Part shown: positions 16,539-24,042 of the stretch, one piece after another
How positions within the stretch are numbered: position 1 is the first letter of the stretch
Layout: each line of letters opens with the position of its first letter
Origin: Candidatus Babeliales bacterium
GTDB lineage: Bacteria > Babelota > Babeliae > Babelales > RVW-14
Assembly (NCBI GenBank): GCA_044234015.1
Contig: JBIIJF010000001.1
Coordinates: 1 to 36,362 of the forward strand
Reading direction: 5' to 3'
Length of the DNA: 36,362 nt
Translations under genes and position numbers: made by a program
The notes under the pieces: generated by a model
Told to the model about the DNA's origin: nothing
What the model saw: only the letters and a program-made list of their open reading frames with translations
The model's database searches: none

Positions 16539-17840
16539 ATGCAAAAAAGTCTTATTTTTAGGTGGCTTATGAGTGTTCTTTGCCTCGTATTGCCTTGTAA
16601 TCTGGTTATTTGTTCTGAAGCAGGGGGCGTCGGGGTAAAATTACCTGTTAAGGCTAAGCCGTTAGGAGAAGAGGGGGGGGCTCAAATTAATGATGTTTCA
16701 TGGAAAAAAAGACTTGAAGAATCTATAAAAAGCATGAATTGGGAGAAAATTTTTCTGGCATCATCGGCCGTTTTTGCCTCTCATCTGGCTTATGTTGGCT
16801 CTCATCTTGCCTTTACACGCCTTATCCAGCCGGGTTGCTTTTCGCTAGCTGATTGGGTTAATGGGCGATATGAATTATGGGAAGGTGGTCGGGCGGTGTT
16901 GCACAAAGGGGCAAGTGAAGACAGTATCGCCTCGTTTTTACGTGCTCGTGTCTTTGGGCAAGAAGAGGCAGTTACTGTTCTTGCTAGAGCTATGCTTGTT
17001 GATAGTGCGGGGCTTTCTACTCCTGGTAAACCAAAGGGAAGCTTTTTATTCCTTGGTCCATCTGGGGTTGGCAAAACAGAATTAGCTATGGCTGTAGCTG
17101 AATATTATAGTGGTGATCGAAACAATTTAATCCGTTTTGATATGTCGGAGTATATGGAAAACTATAGTGCTGCACGATTAATTGGTTCTCCTCCTGGCTA
17201 TACTGGGTTCCAAGATGGAGGGCAACTTGTGAATGCAGTGAGACGTCACCCTCGAAGTGTAATTCTGTTTGATGAGATGGAAAAAGCTCATCCTAGCATA
17301 TATGACCTATTTTTACAGATTCTTGATGCAGGGAGACTTACTGATGGGCGTGGTGATGAGGTTTCCTTTGAAAATTGTATTATTATTATGACCTCAAATC
17401 TTGGTGCTGAATTATCAAAGCAACCTAAAATGCAATCTTTTGATCTGAATAGTGCTAGTTCAGCGCGAGATGATGAGAAACAGCTCAAAGAAAAAATCGA
17501 AGCAAGCCTGAAGAAATTTTTCAGGCTTGAATTTATCAACCGCATTAATGAGATTGTATTATTTAACAGGATATCCATGGAGACCTTGGCTGCCGTGGCA
17601 CGTAAAAATGTCGATGAATTGATTAAACGCATAGCTGGCCAAGGTAAAAAGCTTGAGTTTACTCCTAAGAGTATTGCTATGTTGGCAACAGAGAGCTATT
17701 CAGATACTAAGGGGGTTCGTAATTTGAAAGATCAAATATATCGCCTTGTTACGGTTCCGCTCGCAATGGCAATGCTCAAAGAGCCGGGTAAAAAAGAGTT
17801 TGCGGTGGATTACGTAAAAGATGCTTTTGTGATTGTGTAA
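16539..17840 (+). CDS. ClpB-D2-only AAA+ paralog with N-terminal hydrophobic segments (putative membrane-anchored single-ring AAA+ ATPase)
   Basis: The start is ATG 16539 after a G-rich RBS. The N-terminus MQKSLIFRWLMSVLCLVLPCNLVIC is hydrophobic, and a second hydrophobic segment is IFLASSAVFASHLAYVGSHLAF. A complete D2 module follows, roughly 70 percent identical by eye to ClpB D2 (GPSGVGKTELAM, VILFDEMEKAH, GSPPGYTGFQDGG, IIIMTSNLG, small-D2 region). Clp_N, D1 and the M domain are absent. Confidence 0.85.
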   Translation: MQKSLIFRWLMSVLCLVLPCNLVICSEAGGVGVKLPVKAKPLGEEGGAQINDVSWKKRLEESIKSMNWEKIFLASSAVFASHLAYVGSHLAFTRLIQPGCFSLADWVNGRYELWEGGRAVLHKGASEDSIASFLRARVFGQEEAVTVLARAMLVDSAGLSTPGKPKGSFLFLGPSGVGKTELAMAVAEYYSGDRNNLIRFDMSEYMENYSAARLIGSPPGYTGFQDGGQLVNAVRRHPRSVILFDEMEKAHPSIYDLFLQILDAGRLTDGRGDEVSFENCIIIMTSNLGAELSKQPKMQSFDLNSASSARDDEKQLKEKIEASLKKFFRLEFINRINEIVLFNRISMETLAAVARKNVDELIKRIAGQGKKLEFTPKSIAMLATESYSDTKGVRNLKDQIYRLVTVPLAMAMLKEPGKKEFAVDYVKDAFVIV

Positions 17841-17887
17841 TTTGTACACGGAAGAATAAGTTTATAAATTTTTGTATTTTGATGGCA

Positions 17888-17924
17888 AGAAAAAGACCCT
17901 TGATTTCTCAAGGGTCTTTTTTTA
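17888..17924. terminator. Bidirectional intrinsic terminator between convergent genes
   Basis: A 9-bp stem (gacccttga 17895-17903 / tcaagggtc 17908-17916) has a tttc loop. It is flanked by an A-run upstream and a T-run downstream. It lies between the stop codons at 17840 (+) and 17944 (-). Confidence 0.8.
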
Positions 17925-17943
17925 TTTGCAAAGTGATCGGGGA

Positions 17944-18303
17944 TTAGTAGCCGCCGCGACCGCCACCAAATCCGCCACGACGAGGACCGCCGTTGCCAGC
18001 ACCACTGTCGCCAAATGGACGACGTGGACGACCGCCACCAAAGCCACCTTCTGTGCGCTCTTGTGGAGGACGTGCTTCGTTGATGCGAAGGCGTTGGCCT
18101 TGCAATTCAGCATTATTGAGGCCGTTGATAGCTGCATTACCAGCTGTCGCGTCGCCCATTTCTACGAAGCCAAAACCACGAGGTTGTCCTGTGAATTTGT
18201 CTTTCATAATGCGAACTGATACTACTGCGCCAAATTGCGCAAACAAATCATTCAACTCTTGCTCAGATACTGCATTTGCAAGGTTGCCAACGTAAAGTTT
18301 CAT
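17944..18303 (-). CDS. RRM-type RNA-binding protein with Gly/Arg-rich C-terminal tail
   Basis: The start is ATG 18303 after AAGGA. RNP2 is KLYVGNL and RNP1 is RGFGFVEM. The tail is GGFGGGRPRRPFGDSGAGNGGPRRGGFGGGRGGY. The longer track ORF (to 18369) is rejected as an extension. Confidence 0.9.
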   Translation of the reverse strand: MKLYVGNLANAVSEQELNDLFAQFGAVVSVRIMKDKFTGQPRGFGFVEMGDATAGNAAINGLNNAELQGQRLRINEARPPQERTEGGFGGGRPRRPFGDSGAGNGGPRRGGFGGGRGGY

Positions 18304-18520
18304 AGAAACATCCTTAAAAAAAACTTGGGTCATACGACCCTGATAGAACCAGTAGATTCTGCACAGCACTCATCAATGAAACACTTATGAAATCTACCTA
18401 AAAAACAGTCTATCCTATTTTTAAATACTTTCAAAGGCCGAAGTTAAAAAATGCATAATTTGCTAAAAAACACTGTTTTAAGAGTATGATCCAGGCAGTG
18501 TTGCCTTTTGTATGCACTTT

Positions 18521-19264
18521 TCATGTGATAATTTGATTCAGATTGGCAATTAATGGAAGCTGTGTTCGGTTGTTTAGTGATGGGTGTGTGATATAATGAT
18601 TTCGTTGTTGATGATTTTCTAATATCGCTGACTCAATATTGAATCCACCGTTGCCGGTGACATTATTTTTGACGATGGGCTTGCGGGAACCGTTCTGCTC
18701 AGAAATGGGGCAAAGGTTTGTGGTCAGGTTGTTGGTGCCAGGGTTGTTACCGAGTAGGTTGCGCACTAGATCTTCTCTTTCATGCTTTGCTTGTGCAAGC
18801 ATCTCTTTTGCCTTAGCAATAGCCTCATGCAGTAACATTATTTTGGTATCCATGGCGGCAGCTGTCTGCTCTGGCTCTTCATACATGGCCATTATCTTAT
18901 CTTGTGCGATCGTATACCGTTCGTTAACGTAACGAATTGCAGCCTTGCGCATCGGCTCATGACCAGCATATTTAATGCATTTTTTACGCAGTTCATTGTC
19001 GCGCCATATTGCCAACCGGAAGGTTGCTTGCAGGCAAGTCTCGTGCAAAAAAAGCCATCGCTTCGCTTCTTTCAGGGTAAGTTTATCGGTGAGTCTCAGG
19101 AGGTGTTTTTTGCATGTACGGAAATGCGATTCTTGCCACGGTCTGGGAATGGCGAGCAGATATTTGTTCGTGGTTTGAACCGCTGCTGTTACGGCAGCTC
19201 GGAGCACAGAGCTAGGTGCTAGCGCGAGCCAGCAAACAATTATTAAAAGCATGCACTTGAACAT
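18521..19264 (-). CDS. Hypothetical secreted protein
   Basis: This is a 247-aa ORF with the signal peptide MFKCMLLIIVCWLALAPSSVLRA. The middle appears helical and the C-terminus is Asn-rich. No recognisable domain. Confidence 0.6.
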   Translation of the reverse strand: MFKCMLLIIVCWLALAPSSVLRAAVTAAVQTTNKYLLAIPRPWQESHFRTCKKHLLRLTDKLTLKEAKRWLFLHETCLQATFRLAIWRDNELRKKCIKYAGHEPMRKAAIRYVNERYTIAQDKIMAMYEEPEQTAAAMDTKIMLLHEAIAKAKEMLAQAKHEREDLVRNLLGNNPGTNNLTTNLCPISEQNGSRKPIVKNNVTGNGGFNIESAILENHQQRNHYITHPSLNNRTQLPLIANLNQIIT

Positions 19265-19452
19265 CCTAACCCCTTCCCAGTATCGCCATTATTTGCTGTG
19301 TATCATGGACAAATCTAGGCTACGGTTTTGGGCTGCTGAGGAGCAAGAATATTGTTATGCTCATGCCTCTTAAACATAATGGTAGGAAGTGACACGGCGA
19401 ATACCGGTGCTACCATCATCTTTAGTGAATGTTTCATCACGGGTGCGTTTTT

Positions 19453-20319
19453 CTACGCAGGGCGGACTGAAACAAAAATTTCTTTTGCAGCCCCTATAAA
19501 CGGCAAATTAGGCTTGGTGTTAGGCATTCTACCAGTACTTTCTGGATCAAGAAACGCTTTGCGTGCTATTTCATATGGGGTTAGTTTGGAACTCTTTTTT
19601 GCTTTACAGTAGCAACTAAATAACTCCGTAACCCCAACTTTTGCAGCAAATAACAGCATGATGTCTTTGTAGGTCTTTTGGTCTATATTTGCAATTTTTG
19701 CCAACAAGTGGAGGGGGGTATTGCCTGTTTTTTCATCTACGAACAATGGAGCGGCGCCAGCGTCAAGCAAATCTTGAATAACTGAGATTAAGGACCCAAG
19801 GACAAATGGTTCTTGCAGTTTTTCTAGTTCTAGAAGCATTTGGTACAGCCTATCCCGTTCATAGCCAAGCTCATTTGTCTTATTGCAGAGAAGCATGCGG
19901 TAGCCCCTATCAAGCGCATAGCTATCCTCACAGGGCTCTATGAGACTAGCTTCTTTAGAAGTTGCCATCCCATCATCATCATACGTTTTAAAGCACGGGC
20001 TGCCGTCTTCTTCATCATCATCATCATTGTCACCTGTACCGAAACATCCTGGGGGCAGATCTTCATTCATTATGGTCGCGGATGATGCATCGTCCGTAGA
20101 GTTTGATGGGTTTTTTATTACCGGAGGAGTTCTACGATTGTGGAAATCTAGTGCTGCAGGGGTAAGACGGCTGCTGCTGGGGTCGTCAGACGGGGGGTCC
20201 TCTTGATACAGTTTGCTAGTTGCGGATATTGTCGAATAAAAAATAGTGGCGAAGAGAGATAGAACTACGATGGTGTGACGCGGTGCCATAGAAAAAATCC
20301 TAATTTTGTTGCGTTGCAT
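19453..20319 (-). CDS. Secreted protein with acidic tract and C-terminal ankyrin-like repeats
   Basis: The hydrophobic N-terminus is MAPRHTIVVLSLFATIFYSTISA; the alternative start is ATG 20289. An Asp/Glu run is present (GDNDDDDEEDG). An ankyrin-like segment follows (LLDAGAAPLFVDEKTGNTPLHLLAKIAN). Confidence 0.7.
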   Translation of the reverse strand: MQRNKIRIFSMAPRHTIVVLSLFATIFYSTISATSKLYQEDPPSDDPSSSRLTPAALDFHNRRTPPVIKNPSNSTDDASSATIMNEDLPPGCFGTGDNDDDDEEDGSPCFKTYDDDGMATSKEASLIEPCEDSYALDRGYRMLLCNKTNELGYERDRLYQMLLELEKLQEPFVLGSLISVIQDLLDAGAAPLFVDEKTGNTPLHLLAKIANIDQKTYKDIMLLFAAKVGVTELFSCYCKAKKSSKLTPYEIARKAFLDPESTGRMPNTKPNLPFIGAAKEIFVSVRPA

Positions 20320-20323
20320 AACG

Positions 20324-20350
20324 GAATGTGAAGAATGTGAAGAATGGGAA
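20324..20350. repeat. Three tandem copies of the 9-mer GAATG(T/G)GAA
   Basis: The copies gaatgtgaa gaatgtgaa gaatgggaa are read directly. They lie immediately upstream (minus-strand sense) of the 19453..20319 gene start. Confidence 0.8.
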
Positions 20351-20468
20351 GAAAGCTGCCTGCCAGGAGTATAGATATTTTTTGAATAATTACAAATCTG
20401 TTTTTAGCTGTTGTCTGCGAGCAAAAAGGTATTATGGGGTTGTTGGCAGAGAATACATTTTTTGTGGT

Positions 20469-20487
20469 GGGGGCCGCAACGGCCCCC
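20469..20487 (-). terminator. GC-rich stem-loop downstream of the USP-like gene (possible terminator, no U-tract)
   Basis: The stem is gggggccg (20469-20476) / cggccccc (20480-20487) with a 3-nt loop. It lies 28 nt past the stop at 20515. No T-run follows on the minus strand. Confidence 0.35.
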
Positions 20488-20514
20488 GGTGTGATCTGTG
20501 TGATCGTTGTGAAA

Positions 20515-22365
20515 TTATTTTTCCCATTTATATTCGTCTAGGAAGTATCGCAGTGCAGACTGGAGTGAATCATTGTCAGAGTCTATTGACAATTTGAGTG
20601 CCGTCATGCCAGCTCGATTATCTTGTGTGATAAAATCACGGGTTACCCCTGCATTTACTAAGGATGTAATGATTTTTTTGTAATTACCGTCTGTAAACTT
20701 TGTAGGGTTCATGGCAAGGCAGTGGAGAAGGGTGTTGTTGTTGGTAGGGTCAGTTTCTTTTAAGCGGCGATCTGAGTTGCCAGCTAGGGTATGAATGATC
20801 AGTTGTGCATCAGTGCTCGTTTGAACAATTGTATGCAAAGATAATGCGCCACAGACTCCGGCACCTGTGCCTGCACCAGTGGCTACTGGCAAGGTACTTG
20901 GCGCGACGGTTGCGACTGGATCAGTTCTTCTCATCATTGTGCTTGGTTGTGTTGCGGCAGGCGCAGGCATTACTGCTCCATAAAAATCACCACCGCCGGC
21001 GCCAACTCCTGCGCCGGCTCCGGCACCAGCGGCTACTGCTGCTGGTCTTTCGACTGGAGCAGCGTCAATGCGGCTGTAGATAAAAATTGCTACATCGCTG
21101 TAGTTGGGCTCTATTCTGATGGTTTGTCCACGGCCATTTTTGCCATCTCGTCCTGGCTCAACCAAAATACGGCTACCACGGAGAAGTGCATCTCTTACCG
21201 TATCTGATTCGTCATTGCGGATACCTTGGTTGGCGAATGTTGCCGTTGCGTCAGCTCTGGGGTTTAGTGTAGTAGTTCCTGTTCGGGTAGTTGGGATATC
21301 AGGATTTCCGTCCCGGTCAGAGCCATAATACATATCGTTTGCTGAATACCAGCAGCCTGCATTGTATAGAAACGTCTTGTAGTGGCCATGTCGGGTAGAA
21401 TTTCCAACGTGGGTGGCTATCCCGGTGATGCGGTATTGTTGACGATTAATAGTTAATTCATTCTTAAGTTGAGTACCAAAAAGATTTTTTTCGTCTTCAC
21501 CGGCTCGTCCAATTTTAAAAACAAGCGTTGCTGGCAAAGGATCTCTTCTTGTTGGAGGGATTAACTCTCTTACGACCGCATCTAGACTGATTGGGTTTCC
21601 ATACAGCACTTCTTCGCCAAACGCCGGCATAATATCAAAAGCTTCTATTTTGGGCTCATCCTGATAAAGAGCTTTTTGTAAAGTATCGAATAATTCCGCT
21701 GCTTCTTTTTGTTCAGCAAAACCACCAGCAATAGCTTCTGGATCAACAGCGTTGATAAATGCCTGCATTACTGGGTGTCGGCTATTAATCACGGGAATCT
21801 CACCGGTGACAGGTGCTCTGAGGCGATTGTATTCTTGGCGTAGGTTTAGAAAGGCAATAGCTAGACGATTTAAACCTCTCCGGCCGGTACGCTCGAGTTC
21901 GTCACAATGTGCTTGAATGTGTGGATTATTGAGAAAGAGATGGACAACGGTATTTGCATAGCAAGCTACACCTGTGCCAGTGTTGCCAAGAGCGGTGATA
22001 GTAAAATCGTCATCACCACGAGGATCTGCGGCTGGTCCACCACCAAATCCACCACCCCCTTCGCCAGCGGCTCTGCCTGCGCCTGCAAAAAGATCTGCAG
22101 GTGGTGCAAAAGGTGCTCGAGCTGGGCGAACTGGGGCAACGGGTGCTGGACGCGGTGCTGGGACGTCTTCCGAGGTCATCACTGCATAGAACGCAGGGAT
22201 ATCAGCATCTGGGGTCCCGCTTGTATCGTTTCCGTACGAGGCAAGAAACTGACGCATCTCGGCGATGCTTAATCCGCTCCCCGCCCCCATGAGGCTCCCC
22301 ATACCCCCCATCAGCACAAGTGCCAAGAGGTGGCTAAAAAATAATTTTTTCTTAAAAATCAGCAT
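20515..22365 (-). CDS. Secreted USP/UCH-family (peptidase C19) deubiquitinase-like cysteine protease with C-terminal ankyrin repeats
   Basis: The signal peptide is MLIFKKKLFFSHLLALVLMGGMGSLMGA, followed by a Pro/Ala-rich and Gly-rich linker. The Cys-box-like segment is ALGNTGTGVACYANTVVHLFLN (Cys135, codon 21961-21963). The His box is YRITGIATHVGNSTRHGHYKTFLYNAGCWYSANDMYY (nt 21379-21435), and the USP-domain end is AIFIYSRI. An Ala/Gly linker follows, then ankyrin repeats (NNNTLLHCLAMNP...LVNAGVTRDFITQDNRAGMTALKLSI). Confidence 0.8.
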   Translation of the reverse strand: MLIFKKKLFFSHLLALVLMGGMGSLMGAGSGLSIAEMRQFLASYGNDTSGTPDADIPAFYAVMTSEDVPAPRPAPVAPVRPARAPFAPPADLFAGAGRAAGEGGGGFGGGPAADPRGDDDFTITALGNTGTGVACYANTVVHLFLNNPHIQAHCDELERTGRRGLNRLAIAFLNLRQEYNRLRAPVTGEIPVINSRHPVMQAFINAVDPEAIAGGFAEQKEAAELFDTLQKALYQDEPKIEAFDIMPAFGEEVLYGNPISLDAVVRELIPPTRRDPLPATLVFKIGRAGEDEKNLFGTQLKNELTINRQQYRITGIATHVGNSTRHGHYKTFLYNAGCWYSANDMYYGSDRDGNPDIPTTRTGTTTLNPRADATATFANQGIRNDESDTVRDALLRGSRILVEPGRDGKNGRGQTIRIEPNYSDVAIFIYSRIDAAPVERPAAVAAGAGAGAGVGAGGGDFYGAVMPAPAATQPSTMMRRTDPVATVAPSTLPVATGAGTGAGVCGALSLHTIVQTSTDAQLIIHTLAGNSDRRLKETDPTNNNTLLHCLAMNPTKFTDGNYKKIITSLVNAGVTRDFITQDNRAGMTALKLSIDSDNDSLQSALRYFLDEYKWEK

Positions 22366-22631
22366 AAAAACCCTTTCGAGGCCTATCTTTAGTGCTTATA
22401 TTTCTATCTGTAATTTAACCAAATGATTTAATTAAAATCAATGTTTTTGTCAATGAGGGTGCATATTTCAGTAGGGGGGGCGGCTTCGTGGCATTATTTT
22501 GCAAGATTGGTAGAATAGGTCAGCACATTTATAGCGCAATAAAATTATTAGCGTGACTAGCAAAAAGTCGGCTATGTCTGTTGATACGGTCGTTGCATTG
22601 TTGTAAAAGGCCAAATAACGAAAGAAAATTA

Positions 22632-24041
22632 ATGAATGCATACAATCCAACCCCTGTGGTAGGTGGTATTAGTGGTTTTACTAATTTTAATGAAGCGCAG
22701 CACTATGCCTATGCGCAGTGGCTAGCGACCGTTAAAAATGCCTTTGAACTTTATGGGTTTACCCCCTTCATTCCTCGTCCCGTTGAGCTGCGTGATAATT
22801 TGCATTTTAAGGGTGGTGTTGGTAAACAAATTTATGCCATGGCTCGCCTTGACGAAAGTGGTGCGATAGCGGCCGATGGGCGTCCAGCCGTGGTAGCAAC
22901 GGACATCGGGCTGCCCTTTGATCGCACGGTTCCGCTTGCTTTGTGGGTTGCACAGTATGCCAACGAGATGACGCTGCCCTATAAACGGTACGATATCAGT
23001 TGGGTGTTCCGTGGCGAGACAGCACAGGCTGGGCGGTTTCGTGGTTTTCATCAAGCAGACGTGGACATTATTGGGCGTAATTTAGATGTTGCGGCTGACG
23101 CAGAGTGTTTGCTTGCGATTGCCGACGCACTTAATCGGTTACAGGTTGGCTCTTTCGTGATGCACATGAACCACATCGTTATTGCAAAAATGATGCTTGA
23201 GAGAAGTGGCGTGCCAGCAGAGCATGAGGCCGCCGCCATGCGCATTATTGATAAACTTGAAAAAATTGGTGTTGCCAAGGTGAGTGCTGAACTGCAAGTA
23301 CTGGTGCCCGGCATGGATGCAACAAAGCTTGCAAACCTCATGGCCGTATGCCAATTCCGTGGTGATGTGGAAGGCCTGAAAAATATTTTAATGCAAAAAG
23401 GTTTTGCAACGGCAGAAGATATTCCGGAAAGCGCTTCATTGATGCAACTTACCCAGCTTGAGCAGATTATGCGTATGCGCCATTTTGCAGGGGCGCGGCT
23501 GGTGATTAATCCTGGCATGGTACGCGGGCTTGATTACTACACGGGCATTGTAGTGGAAACTTTTTTGGAAGGTAAAGAATCTTTTGGATCCATCGCTAGC
23601 GGTGGGCGTTACAGCAATTTAGTGAGTGGGTTTGCAGGCAAGCACGAAGATATTGAAGGGGTTGGTTTTTCTATAGGCATCACCAGACTTTTTGATGTGC
23701 TGTGCCGTGCTAACCTTGTTTCCCTCGAGCGAAAAACAACAGCCCAGATACTGCTTGCGTACCACACTGCTTGCTTTGCTCAAGCTTTTGCCCTTGCCGC
23801 ACAACTGCGTGCACAGGGCTGTAAGGTTGATCTGTACGCAAATCCAACTCGCCAAATGAAGCACCAGCTTGAATATGCCGCAAAAAAAGGTATACCGTTT
23901 GTGCTCATGCTCATGAGTGCTGATGCTGCCACAACGGTTGATGAATTTGTTCTTAAAAATATGGCAACACGAGATCAGGTTGCTTGGAAAACACTTGATG
24001 ATGCTGTTGCACATGTTCCAGTACGCCTGGTTGGCTTCTAG
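22632..24041 (+). CDS. hisS: Histidine--tRNA ligase (class II; motif pattern resembles the archaeal/eukaryote-like HisRS type)
   Basis: The motif 2 region is YDISWVFRGETAQAGRFRGFHQADVDIIG. The segments LPFDRTVPLALWVAQY, GLDYYTGIVVE, ASGGRYSNLV and GVGFSIGITRL are present. A C-terminal anticodon-binding domain is present. The start is ATG 22632. Confidence 0.9.
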   Translation: MNAYNPTPVVGGISGFTNFNEAQHYAYAQWLATVKNAFELYGFTPFIPRPVELRDNLHFKGGVGKQIYAMARLDESGAIAADGRPAVVATDIGLPFDRTVPLALWVAQYANEMTLPYKRYDISWVFRGETAQAGRFRGFHQADVDIIGRNLDVAADAECLLAIADALNRLQVGSFVMHMNHIVIAKMMLERSGVPAEHEAAAMRIIDKLEKIGVAKVSAELQVLVPGMDATKLANLMAVCQFRGDVEGLKNILMQKGFATAEDIPESASLMQLTQLEQIMRMRHFAGARLVINPGMVRGLDYYTGIVVETFLEGKESFGSIASGGRYSNLVSGFAGKHEDIEGVGFSIGITRLFDVLCRANLVSLERKTTAQILLAYHTACFAQAFALAAQLRAQGCKVDLYANPTRQMKHQLEYAAKKGIPFVLMLMSADAATTVDEFVLKNMATRDQVAWKTLDDAVAHVPVRLVGF

Positions 24042-24042
24042 C

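Noticed and set aside
17872-18295. Plus-strand ORFs 17872..18219 and 17993..18295, opposite the RRM gene.
   Set aside because: The Gly/Arg-rich tail codons (GGN/CGN) leave the antisense strand open. The RRM reading has clear RNP1 and RNP2 motifs.
18488-18515. A small hairpin (aggca-gtgt-tgcct) followed by TTTT, just past the stop of the 18521..19264 gene.
   Set aside because: The stem is only 5 bp. The U-tract is on the plus strand while the adjacent gene is on the minus strand, so this is not a convincing terminator.
20805-22292. Several plus-strand ORFs (71-121 aa) inside the USP-like gene, some Arg/Leu- or Pro/Ala-rich.
   Set aside because: They are antisense to a 616-aa ORF with a strong His-box match. 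GC-rich Ala/Gly/Pro linkers keep other frames open.
23917-24042. The track start of the glycosyltransferase ORF at 23917, overlapping the hisS 3' end by 125 nt.
   Set aside because: ATG 24043, immediately after the hisS stop, gives a clean N-terminal transmembrane anchor. The upstream extension is the hisS region read in another frame.
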